Assembly (NCBI GenBank): GCA_047495785.1
Contig: JBLDXI010000074.1
Coordinates: 868,001-932,000 of the forward strand
From: Lepidodermella squamata
Taxonomy: Eukaryota > Animalia > Gastrotricha
Direction: 5' to 3'
DNA: 64,000 nt
The position numbers and the translations under genes are program-made. The first letter of the stretch is position 1, and each line of letters opens with the position of its first letter. The notes beneath the pieces were generated by a model. The model saw only the letters and a list, made by a program, of their open reading frames with translations. It ran no database searches and was not told the DNA's origin. Shown here in pieces: positions 24,206 to 35,937 of this stretch.

Positions 24206-26145
24206 TCATACGCAGTAAGTGTCACACAGAATTTGGTACTCGGGCAGTGTCACTTTTCGATGGCTAAATGGCACAACAACGTCACGGCCTTTCAGCAGCG
24301 CTCCGCCATAAATTCTAAAAAAAAATAATAAATTTGAAAAATTCGAAAAACGCTTTTAATGAGTCCTCAATTGAATGAGGCGGCTAATTTAGGACAAATT
24401 ATTACAAATCAATCAATTAAAAAATCGAATTGAACAGACTTCTCTGATTTTTTTGTAACTTTTTTGTAACTTTTTAACATAAAAAATCGCATTTCTAATT
24501 TTTGCCATTTAAAATTTAAAAACTTGAAATTTGAAGTTTGAAATTTAAATTTTTTTCAAATTTTCCCCATTTTTAAATCTGAATTTTTCCGCGATCTTGC
24601 AGTAATTTGATGTATTTTTTCCAATCACTCACACATCAGGCATGTCTGGAATTCGACCACGGGCTATGTAGACGAGTTCGCTTGGGTGCTTGCCAACCCG
24701 GCCGCCGACAATCGCCCCGCATGGCACCATATCAGGCGTGTAGCTATGCCGCCACGTTAAATTGTCACAATCTCGGCAGACGAGAACTTCGTACTCGGGC
24801 GACACCTTCTCCTCGCCGTTGTGAAGCACGATGCAACCGCCGAGGTGGGTCGAAACCATGCCGGGTACGACTTCGCCTGATCCGAATCGCACCCGTCCGA
24901 CGTACAGCTTGTCACCGGCTGCATTGACGCCAATTTCGACTGAGTAAATAGGCACGGCGCCGTCACATGCGTCTTCCCACCTATAATTTCCAAAATTTAA
25001 GGTTATATTCACCAATATAATGAGTAATGACCCGATATTTTTATTCCCAGCCCGTTGAACTCGAGATGAATAAAGAACATTTCTCAAAAATGCGGAAAAT
25101 CTGAGATATACATTTTTTTGAGCGCCAAAAATGAGTTTAGGGACACTTGTAAGATTGTTGTCTGATATTAAAATTATTTACCATAAATTTAAGCAAATTG
25201 TACCAGAGTCTACTTCTTCGTTGAAACTTGATACCAGGGAGGCTCATAAATATTAACCTAATTTTTGTGTTTCCAACGACCCATAGAGATTTGATGATTT
25301 TGGTAATTTTACCGAAAAACCCGACGGTTTCATGGACGGTTTGGTAATTTTATAGTAATGTCGTTATTTGACCTGTTTCACCTGGAATTCTCCGGGTTTT
25401 TCATTATGTTACATGGCTTGAAAGTTATCATTAGCACGGCCCAGGATACCCAGGATCGGATTCCTTCTCTTGCGTTACTTGCGACACACCCTGTAACTTC
25501 GACAAGGTTTAACATTTGGTTTCGTGTGAATTTCGTTTATCCTCTTTCAATCCCAAATTTGTCGGCCGGGTAAAATTTAGTATTCAAACTTTCAGAGGTA
25601 ATGAAGCTAAACGAAGAGAGCTCAAGGCACCTCAAGGCATCGAGATTCACAGTTTAATTAATTAAAAAAAATAGTAAAAATTGTTATAATTTCAAGAAGT
25701 CTCATCGAGCAAAAGAGAAAAGAATTAATGTGGCTTAAAATGAGGAAAATTTGCATTAAAATAGCATAAATACGGCAAGTCAACTGACTGCGAGAGCAAC
25801 CTTAACCTTTACCTTATAAGACCGTTAGTAAACCCATAAACCGGGAAGAGAGCTCCCAAACAAGTCAAATGGGTTCTCAAAAAGGTGATCGTGCAACCAG
25901 TGTGTCCTATTTTTTTCTTCAAAGTTCAACGGATTTGAAACCAGTGACTCCAATCCACAGTTTTGGGAATTTAATAATTTTAGCCTGAGTTCCGCAGCCA
26001 AAATTCGGCGATTTTGTGAGGCTTTTTATGGCTTCGATATTCGATAAGTTGACGATTTTTGAATTTGATGAGCCGATCAATCAGAAATTTTCAACGGAAA
26101 TCACCGGGTCAAAGAAAAAACCACTTACCAAATATTGCCCGCCAT
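24206..26145 (-). CDS. DM9-repeat protein, copy 7 (3 exons)
   Basis: MAGNIW|WEDACDGAVP..LYVGRV..PGMV..YEVLVC..YIARG..DV|IYGGALLK..VPFSH..YQILCDTYCV*. Confidence 0.82.
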
Positions 26146-27083
26146 TAAATCTATAAGTATTGAATTTGAAATCTTCAACAGACGAATTTCGCTTTAAATG
26201 ATCATATTTTTCCTAAAATAAATAAGAGTTCCATTGATTAAAACATGGCTATCAAAGGCTATCAAGGCTATCTCAATTAAACCGAGCTCACTCAACAGCG
26301 ATGAATATTCGAGAATATAGTGCCGTAGATATTTCCTTAATACACTTAGCTGGCATATAATATCGCTGGTATGAGCGTATAACATTAGAGCTGACGTAGA
26401 GTAAATACACAAAAAAACGCGCGGTTTTTCGCTTCTACTGCGATGCTGCTACTATTTGCTGCGCAGCTTAGCGGCGACGAAACGGCCAACAGACTACAAT
26501 ATAACTGACACGTTATTTATCGGCGCCAACATGTCGCCGCTCGGTTTTTCGGCTATAATTTGATAACACACTCGCCGCAATAAAACAGCTGTCGAACGCG
26601 CACACATAGGAAGCCGCGCGAGTCAAGTGAAAAATGGTGTCTAGCGACGATTTTTCACGATCTTAGGGACCTACATTTTTTTGAAGGGCGAGAAAAGACG
26701 ATTCGATTGATATACATGTTAAAATATGTTTAAAAATGTGAAAAATCGCGTTATTTATGAGTGCTGGAAATTGAAAAATTTGAAATTTTATACTTTCAAT
26801 GCTGCTCAATGATTATTTCGCCAATTGAAAACATGAGTGACGCCATCGTCGCGTAAAGTAAATAACAACAATAATGATATCCTTTTGGCTGAAATCGATA
26901 ATGAAGCTGAAATCTGCATGCGCGCCAATCTCAAGGCGCTACTTTATTGACACGCATCACGAAAATAATAGGCGGACTTTTTTATTCACTCTCGCCGCCG
27001 CCAAATGAATCAAGAACAAAAAAAACGAAAAACAAGTTTATATGCAGTTTGTCTTTGAAATTTGAAATTACCGCGAACAACAC

Positions 27084-27971
27084 TCATGCCCAAAGGTATT
27101 TTTGGCAAAGGACTTCGTACCTAAAAAATTAAAACAGTAATTATATCGCGAGATTTATTATTCAGAAGAAAAATAAAAAATTCTCGAAAATTCGGCATTT
27201 TAAATTGCATGCACGTAATCATTATATTTTCCCGATTTTTAATTTTTTTAAATATAACTGAACTTACTTCTTGCAAGCGATCTCGCGGCCACCGTAAGGA
27301 ATGTATGCAACTGATAGAAACATATATAGCGTGATTTTGATTGAAAATTTGTTTAATATTTATTTTTTACCTCCATGAGTGGCGTGGAGCTTGCCGGCGT
27401 GAAAGCTGTTCGGCTCATCTGGAACTGTGGCTCGGGCAATAAACAGCGGCTCGCAGGTTTCCTCCACGCGTCCGCCTTCAATGGCACCAACTGGCACCTG
27501 GCCACTCTCAGCAGGAACCCAGTGAAGCTAACGCAAACAAAATCAGAGAGCTATCTTCGCATATTCTCAATTTTTCAAAGTTAAATTTCAAAGTTTCTTT
27601 GAAATTTTAAAAAATTTGATCGTTTTCTTTGAAGTGCAGATTATTTTCGTGAATCTTACCTCGCAACTTTCGTCATTGTTGACGAGAACTTCGCATTTCG
27701 GCTCGCTGATTTCCTCTGAATTAAGGCTGACGTAGCACGTCTTGTGGCTGGGGACAATTTTGCCAGGTAAAATGTCGCCGATTTGCGCGACAACTCGCCC
27801 GACATACAGCGTCTCGCCACTAACGCCGCTTTCACCGGCGACTACGGCGTTGGGCGGAACTTCGCCGTTCTGGCACGGTTCCCAATGCGGCAAATTTTGC
27901 CTATCAAAAAAGGATGAAGATATTGGGATAGAAAAAATTGATGGTTTAGTGAAATCTTACTTTTTAACCAT
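27084..27971 (-). CDS. DM9-repeat protein, copy 8 (about 5 exons)
   Basis: MVKK|QNLPHWEPCQNGEVPPNAV..LYVGRV..PGKIVPSH..|..GKLHATHG|..YIPYGGRE..|YEVLCQKYLWA*. Confidence 0.87.
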
Positions 27972-28608
27972 TTTGAAGAATCTATTCGATAGCAGTGAAT
28001 GCACAGTTTATGCCTGAAAAATACTGATCCAAATATATTGACATATCGATTTTTTTAGTTCGATGATTGCACGTGGCTGATTGCGCAATACTTCCTACGC
28101 TCTCATTCACAACAAAAAAGCGCGTGACTTGCGATCGCGTGCTTGGCTTTACTACATATCACTACTACTCATCGCCAAGAAATGCGAAATGCGAGCTTTT
28201 TGTTATTTGGGTATTATGCCCTAATAACATAGTATAGCTGATCGATTGACAGTATTGGTCATTTAATGCTTTTTATACCAAACTGAAGCCATAATATCGA
28301 TAATTTGATCTGTCTTGCCAATTTTGGCGTTCTGCTATTTTCTGCGGAATTTAAACCTTCAGAAGTTTTGTTTATGAAAAGGAAAAGTATATAAAATTGA
28401 CCCAATTTTTTTAATTCTTGAAATATCGTTTACAATTTTTTCGCTATTTTTTTTATTGCAAATTACTTTATTAATTGAATACGTTTCAATTATCACTGGC
28501 CTTCTTCAACTTAATTGCGATTCTTTTTTGAATTGTTGTGCCATTTTTTCAACCATAGAGAAACTTATTGGGATTTTTTTATTTGAAGTATATCGATATT
28601 TTGGGGAA

Positions 28609-31600
28609 ATGTCGCATGACACGTCGTACAATGACAAGGCGCCTTTGACGTACCCGCGAGCGCCCGAAATGCCGCCGCCCGCCTATGTGCCGCCTGTTAT
28701 TCCGCCCAACGTTCAGGCGGAACTCGCTCAGCAACGCAATCATGCCAACAACCCACCGCCGCAGACCGTCATTTACGTGCAACCAGTCGCACAGGTACCA
28801 TACATCTTTAATCGTTTTTTATCAACTCGCTTTTTTCGATTTTCCGAATTTTAAACATAAAGAAATTTATCTTAAATACTTATCGAATCTTTCTTTCAAG
28901 ATTTCAATGTAAGTATTGAACCCAAATTCCGGTTCAAACTTTCACAAAATATTATTAAATTTTTACCTGAATTGAAGAAAACTCGAGTTTTCATTTGCTC
29001 CCTTGATGCTATGAGAAAGTTATTATGTCGAGTAATTTTTCCGATTTACTCCAATTTATTCTGTCAAAAAATTCTGACAACTGTCAATCAGAGACTTCGA
29101 TGTATATCAATTGTTGACAGAGTTTTGGTCTTTTCAAATTTGAAGGTAAAGACCAAACCACTACCATACCAGATAAAAATGTGTGCTATACCAACTACCA
29201 CTATCGTTACGTTTCGAAGAGGCAAATACCAATACCAATACCAATACCAATACCAAAAACCTATACCAGATAATTGCGCGCGTTGAAACATCAACTTTTT
29301 AGCGCTGAGGAATTTAAAAAAAAACAAATTAGATATTCTGAATCAGCGCAAAAAGTTATTCGAGAATGAAAATTTGCGCACTATTATCTGTCAAAATGAG
29401 CAAGAAATTGAGAGGCAAATATGAACGGAGCGCGGCGCGCGCGTGTGTGTGTGTGTGACTCCGTACTTGATGATTTAAAGAAGGAGCTGAGCTCAAAAAG
29501 GAGCTGAGCTCAATGGAGCTGAGCTCCCTGAATACCGCGCGCGGTCAAGTCAAAGGCCAAGTTCATGGAACAATGTCGGTTTTACTACCAAAATATAGAT
29601 CGTTCAATTCTCTATCGATCGAATGTAGATTTCTCGATGGAAAAAATCAATCAGAAAAAGTTTTACGCCCATGCTAGATTGCGTATTTAAGTGTGCATAT
29701 CGCTTGAGAGTGCGCGCAAATGGCATTAATTTATTTACCAACTTAACTTTTTTCTGTTTAGTTTTTCGAGCGACATACCTATATTCAGTCGATGGAGAAT
29801 TGAACGATCTATATTTTGGTATTGAAACCGACATTGTTCCATGAACTTGGCCTTTGACTTGACCGCGCGCGGTATTCAGGGAGCTCAGCTCCATTGAGCT
29901 CAGCTCCTTTTTGAGCTCAGCTCCTTCTTTAAATCACCGAATCTGAGGGGGCGTGTGACTGACCGTGCGCGGCCTTGCCGCTCGCAACTGCGCACCTTGT
30001 ACTGAAAGGATGTCGCGCGCACTTGCGGGTGAGCGTTGATTTCGACGTGCGCACGCGCGCCCGCGCTCACAAAAGTGGCATTTTTCATTTCTCTATATCT
30101 TTCCTAATTTGGAATATAAGCATGCGCAATCATTCGCTCTAGACCAACTTTTTGCGCTGATTCAGAATATCTAATTTGTTTTTTAAAATTCCTCAGCGCT
30201 AAAAAGTTGATGTTTCAACGTGCGCGCAATTATTTGGTATAGCGCGGTATGATCAGAATATTTTTTATCTTTGGAATAATATACAAGTTGTTGCGAATAT
30301 ACATATGTGCGTTTTAACCTGTAGCGTGTAGTGCAGAGACGCCACGTTGTGCCAGGTGGATTATATCGCTTGCTGAAGCGCTTTTCGAATTTTTTGCAAA
30401 TACCGACATCGGAAGACCATACCAGACCGCCTTAAGCTATACCGTAGACCATACCATCATCTTTATTACGGCCAAACCGGTCTCGGACCGGTATTGGTAT
30501 TGGTATTGGTATGTATTGGTTTGGTATACTTTAGAAAGACCAGACCAAAACTCTGATTGTTGACAGACTTTGGAAGGCGAAATAAATTCAATTTCAAGCA
30601 GTCTGAGCATCACCAATGAGCAATGACCTTCGTAAAAATTTTTAGTTTCCAAAATTAGGGTAACGTGGCCCATTATTAGGCTCACATCTGTCTTCTGGTA
30701 GAAATCTTCATATTACCTGGAACTTATCGCAAAATACACCGTGTGTTGACCACAGTTCTGTTTAGCAACAGTTCTACGACAACTTTGAATTCCCATCGTC
30801 TTGACATCCGCAATGCCGATGAGTGGTAGGATGCCATCTGATCTTTTTTGTCGATGCCGCACTTGCATAGATTTTAGCCAATCACCTCTACATTGGAAAG
30901 GATTTCTAAAGGTTTTTTATTTTCGTGCAAGTTTGAAAAGAAACATCACTTCACGTCGATCAAAGAGTCGAAAAATTTAAGCTCCAAGGTCATCATTCGC
31001 AGCAGCCGGATCGCCGCGTTCCATGCGTCGCTGCCAGTTTTCCTGGGGCGGGTTTCCGTTTCTGCTTTTACGCAAGATGTGCGATTCGTTTCCATAATTT
31101 CCGAGGAAGCTAGTAAGATGTGAAATAGTTATCGGTGAATATGGTGTGACCTTGGTCGAGGTGGTGGCGCATGCGTGTCTTTTTTCAGATTTTCTTGTGC
31201 AGATTTCGAACCGATAGCAGTTGCAAGTAGGATCGCAGAGCCCGTACACTTTGATACCATATTTGTGGCGCTTTGTCTTGTTAAATTGTCGAAGAACGAA
31301 GAAACGTTGATGGTACTCAACTCAATCAAGTTCGACCTCCTCGACTGATACCCTGCTTTACTGCAGCCGGATCCGAAGGGCTAGCCCCCGTTTCGGCCAG
31401 CTTTTTGTGTTTCGCTAGGCCGGTCTTCGATGGCCCGATTGATGTGGCAGCAACGGCTGCCGTAGAGCCGTGTTAGAGCTGGTATAGCCATCGGGTTTAG
31501 CCCAGCGATGCGTTAAATCAGGCGATGATAGAGACTGGCGCATTTTCCGAGCCGATTTCCTTCGTTCGTTGCGCGGGCGAAGCTGGAGGTTGATTGATGC

Positions 31601-32624
31601 CTTGAAGCTGTCTTGGTTTTAGAATGCGAATGCTTTAATCTAACGTTAGTAAATGACACTGGTACATGACCCGACTTTCCAGCTTTGACAAGTGACGAAG
31701 GGAGAGGGCTAATCATCGTTGTTTAACAAGTTTGATTTTGGCAATTAAAATAGAGTCTATTCAATTTCCGAGAGAATAATCTGAGAGAAAATTCAATGCG
31801 CGAAAATGCAAATATTTTCTGTATTTATTTTAGAATATGGGCCAGCCTGTGGTCGGGAGACGAGGCATTCCACTGGACGAATGGCAAATCGGTCTATGCG
31901 ATTCTTGCCACGACTGCGGCAACTGGATGATGTCCTGCTTCTGCCCGTGCCTGCTGTCTTGCAAGGCCGCGCAACGCTTGAATGAACACTGCCTGTTCCC
32001 GTTCATGTGCGGCGTCTACCCGCTGCAGGTCCGCTTCCGCACCCTCGTCGGCATCCGTCAGAGCATGTGTGAAGAAGCCGCCCTCTTCTGCATTTGCCCT
32101 ACGTAAGTTTGAGTTATCACTCCATGAGCCGGTGCTAAACCGTTCGGCTTTTCACAAGCGACAACAGAACAAGTATCCGACCTGAAATGAATCTGGGATC
32201 CTCATAAGCATATGTCTTAATTTGGAAAAAATGTGTAGCACACATGTTCAGTTATTAGTCATATTCTTTAAAGAAAGTAAGCTTCCCTCTTCTGGGCGAT
32301 ATGGCTTCTTAAATAAATAAATAAAATCGATTTCACCGATGGTTCGATTCAAGGAAATCACTTGTGGTCGGCTCGTGAAGTTGATTGTTGCCTTAGTAAT
32401 GAAATCGTCCTATCTAGGGATCAGAATTAGGATAGCTACTGTTAACCCGTAAGCCGTAGAGTTTTTGTAGTTGAAAGAAACTTGACCCTCCTTGAAGATC
32501 CTATAAACACCTGAACTGTCTTTTTTACAACCTTCTAATTGGCTTTTAATATACTTTTAGATGTTCAGTCCTTCGCTTGGTCAACGAAATGGACGAGCGC
32601 GGATTCAACATGGAGCGGTGCTGA
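28609..32624 (+). CDS. PLAC8/cornifelin family protein, copy 1 (exons ~28609-28793, ~31834-32102, 32561-32624)
   Basis: Pro-rich PPPAY N-terminus; WQIGLCDSCHDC..SCFCPC..LNEHC..FR..GIRQSMCEE..ICPT|CSVLRLVNEMDERG. Confidence 0.85.
29266..30237. mobile_element. TA-flanked MITE (Tc1/mariner-like) with ~90-bp TIRs, middle layer
   Basis: CCAGATAATTGCGCG..GAATCAGCGCAAAAAGTT is mirrored at ~30146-30237; TA on both sides; ends could shift by 2 bp. Confidence 0.82.
29479..29928. mobile_element. TTAA-flanked MITE (Kolobok-like AG..CT ends) with ~130-bp TIRs, inner layer
   Basis: TTAA-AGAAGGAGCTGAGCTC...GAGCTCAGCTCCTTCT-TTAA; GGAGCTGAGCTC occurs three times in each arm. Confidence 0.82.
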
Positions 32625-33198
32625 ATGTTCAAAAGGAATACTGGCTCAACATCTTGAACATATTTTGAAATGTCAATATATTTATTTGAATTTCGGGATT
32701 TGAGCTTTCTAATATTTCGATTTCATCTCATGTTCAATAAACTTGGATAATTTACAAAGAAGAACAGGTCTAAGCAGTAGCTTTCGCTATTATGATATAC
32801 TAGTCCCGATATGCAGTGTCAAAGTCCAACAATTTTCTACAGGGTCGGTCGCGGTGGTGGGGTTGGTGAGTGTGCTTTTTTTGTAAACAATGCTAATCGA
32901 GTGAAAGAATCGCATGCTGCCAATTGGTACGTGGTTATAGTTGAACCGACCTCTGCTTGGATCTAGGCTTCACCACGGCTTGCATCAACATAAGAATCGC
33001 GGCATAACAGTTAATTATAAAATAATCATGAAACTATAAAAAATGGCGGCTTTTCAGCCCGATCCTTCATTTTAGATTTACTATTCCAGCTATAATACCG
33101 TCAGTTGGGGCTATCCGGACGGCGAAAAAAAATTACCCCCTGATTTTTTTGCATTTTTACACGTTTCAGAAGGTCCTGATTCCAATGATTGAATAGGC

Positions 33199-34168
33199 TT
33201 GAATAGGGACTGCCTGAAATCAATGGCAAATGGCTTGATTTTTTCGCACTTACAGTACTGCGATATTATTCTAAATGAAGCCTGTCCGACTTCTCTTCAA
33301 AAACTACAATCTTTGCAAGATAAGGCTGTCAGAATTGTCATGAATGCGCCGGATTGTGCCGACCCTTCTCCTCTCCGCGACGAGCTCAAATGGCTTGACC
33401 TTCAGGGCAAGCGAAACGTGCACATCGCCACCTTAATGTACAGATGTCTTGCTGGTGACGCACCCGATGTTATAAAATCTATTTTTGTTCCTAATCCTCC
33501 ATCTTCTACTCGTTCTTCGCGTCTCAGCTTCAAAATTCCTACTATGAGACTTGACTACGGCCAAGCCTCTCTTAGTTACGCAGGACCTCTCTTGTTTAAC
33601 AATTTACCACTCCACTTTCATTGTCCTCATCATCGCCCAGTCGATATTTGTCAGGATCTAGAACCTTCCATGTTCTGGAACCTTCCATGTTCTGGAACCT
33701 TCCATGTTCTGGAACCTTCCATGCTCTGGAACCTTCCATGTTCAAGATTATTCCATAGACATTTATAAAGACCTTTTGCTTTCTGTTAACTTCAGATCGT
33801 ATTATTGTATTATTGTACAAAGTTACTGGCTCTTGTTCCAATAAAGGCAATACCTAGCAAACAGCTTCTCGTGTTGTTCTCGGTCCTTACAATATTACTT
33901 CCTATACTAGCCTTCCTCCACGATGCGATTGCGGCTTCAAAATCTGTTACAATGTTCACTCTTGCCGACAACTTGTTTACAATTATCTGTTGACTAAACC
34001 TAAGCTCAAATCATATAAATGCTAAATTTTGTACATCTTTTGTTTTGTTATTATCAAACTTTGAAACGGATTGAAACATGACTCGAATTTTCTGCCACTT
34101 TTATACCACTTGAAACTTTTTGTTATCGTGCTCTCAACTTTGGGATTTATGCACTTAAATAAATAAAT
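33199..34168 (+). mobile_element. 5'-truncated non-LTR retrotransposon (CR1/L2-group-like) 3' end
   Basis: SHLQYC..LQKLQSLQDKAVRIV..LKWL..SYAGPLLFNNLP is a typical post-RT region; (TAAA)n tail at ~34156-34168. Confidence 0.75.
33661..33743. repeat. 17-bp minisatellite (GAACCTTCCATGTTCTG) x ~5
   Basis: Direct tandem copies visible within the LINE fragment. Confidence 0.9.
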
Positions 34169-34267
34169 GGCACCAGGATTCCGAATAGCCCCACGGATGG
34201 GGCTATTCGGACAGGTGTGGGGCTATTAATGATACATAAATATTCAATTCAAATTTTACTGATATGT

Positions 34268-34350
34268 TGTGCTCAGTGGTCGAGTGGCTTTGGATGTGCT
34301 TCTAGAAAGCACAGCAAAGTACAAAACGAGGGTTCGAGTCCAGGCCACGA
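34268..34350 (+). pseudogene. tRNA-derived segment inside the 33098-35023 element
   Basis: A-box-like TGGTCGAGTGG and B-box GGTTCGAGTCC followed by a T-run; stems do not pair properly. Confidence 0.55.
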
Positions 34351-35937
34351 AACAATTTTTTTCCAAACAAAAGTTGGCATTTTTTTGCAATTATTCGAAT
34401 GCATTGCATATCGATGGTTTTTAGCTTAGTTAGTTTTTTAATTAGCAGTAGTAAATTAGCGAATTTTTCATTCATGCCACGAGCACTAGCCTTTCATTCG
34501 GTTAACCTAACGAAAATTTTACTAACCTCTTAAATTCAAAGTATGCCTCAATTGCTGAGAAACTTATCAACTACAAAGCTCATTAGAATATTCCAATCCT
34601 GCCGCATTTCTCTGTTCCGATTGCCCCACAACCTCATTTTTTCGTGGGGCTATTCGGACGCAATTAATTAGACAAAAGTATGAGTCGGATCGGGGCGGTT
34701 TAAATTTTCATGGGTGCCCTATCATCTGTAGGTTCAGAAAAAATTGATCGCAGGTCCAGCAAAATTCTCATCTGGTCCAGGTAATTCAACGCAGAACAGT
34801 GCTTAAACTGAGTTAAGCTTACACCTGGAAGGTAAGCCCATATCTTCACAACCACTTACTCTCAGGTCATGACATTTTTATGGCATGTGGGTCGTCCTTC
34901 CACCTAACTCCGTGCAAAATTTCATTGCTAACGGCCGGGTAGTTTTGGAGTCATGCTCATTCTCCCGTTTGCATGAACATTCGTCCGAATAGCCCCAATG
35001 ACCCAGATTACCCCAACTGACGGTATTAGGCCAAATAATAAACGCGGCTAGTTTGAACGGAAAATGACAAGTCGAACAGCGAATGAGATGGTTCAAATGA
35101 TTCATAAGACGAGCCTTGCAATGGCGTGCACTACTGCGCCCGTTGGATGGGAAGCCGATTCAGCGAACCCTATAAATATGCTCGTAAAATAGCTCAAAAT
35201 CAACCGCCGAGGTGTTCACTTTTCACAGCCTTCCTTTTTCAATTAGAAAGAAAGAACCTGAAGAGCCGGAAGGTTTGACATATTATCCAGCCCTGCTCAA
35301 GTTCCGTGGAGACAGCAAGTTCATTGAAATAATAAGGGACCCGGTGCACTGGACGTGCTGGACCGGACGAATAGCTACCCTTCGAAAAACTAAAAAACTG
35401 TTTCTTTTCGTCCCTTCCCTTGCAAACCAAGCAGTAGCTGGAGTGATCGTTTCAACTGCGACCCTATTATTTCGGACCTTATCTCTCAGAAAATCCTTGG
35501 ACGAGACTGCTTGTTTTAGATGACCTTGGAAATCAGGTTCATTTGTTTAAAAGCAGAAAATTGAATAGGCTCAACATTCGTTTATTAGAGGTTTAAACGG
35601 TTTTTCATGATCGTTGATCTTGTCTGTAAAATAGATAAGGTGCCCATATTTCAAGAAAAAATTTCTCCTATCGAAAAATAGCCATGGCATTTATTTTCAG
35701 GAACTCAAAATTAGTCGAGAGGGCTTTTTCGAGGCAGGCAATTTTTCATTCATACTTAAAATTTTCATCATTGTTGCTATCTATGGTTACTATAAAATTC
35801 AGGTTAAGCAGCATGGCGCGGCACGCGATTGCTATCTAATCGCACCGGGGTCATTTGCTCGCGACGATTTCAAATTTATTATCGCTAACATCGCTTCATT
35901 TTTCAACGTAACTCGACACATATTCTTCAACGTCATA

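Larger units (their letters stand above)
29118..30555. mobile_element. hAT-type non-autonomous element (outer layer of a triple nest)
   Basis: TIRs CAGAGTTTTGGTCT / AGACCAAAACTCTG; 8-bp TSD ATTGTTGA at 29110-29117 and 30556-30563; subterminal (TACCAA)n and (TTGGTA)n. Confidence 0.9.
33098..35023. mobile_element. TA-flanked non-autonomous DNA transposon containing a LINE fragment and a tRNA-like segment
   Basis: TIRs CCGTCAGTTGGGG / CCCCAACTGACGG with TA on each side; internal motif TGGGGCTATTCGGAC recurs in both orientations. Confidence 0.8.

Noticed and set aside
25214-25493. Possible CAGGG...CCCTG hAT MITE
   Set aside because: The flanks show no matching 8-bp TSD and the TIR match is only about 5 bp.
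576-27971. Natterin pore-forming toxins
   Set aside because: The DM9 genes end right after the second repeat; no aerolysin-like domain is visible.
30860-31720. Coding-like antisense fragments in the PLAC8 intron
   Set aside because: Short, stop-interrupted frames with no recognisable motif; cannot support a gene.
33661-33743. Possible CRISPR-like array
   Set aside because: Head-to-tail 17-mers without spacers, eukaryotic context, no cas genes.
35212-35523. 103-aa ORF
   Set aside because: Non-ATG start, no recognisable domain, no convincing exon partners.
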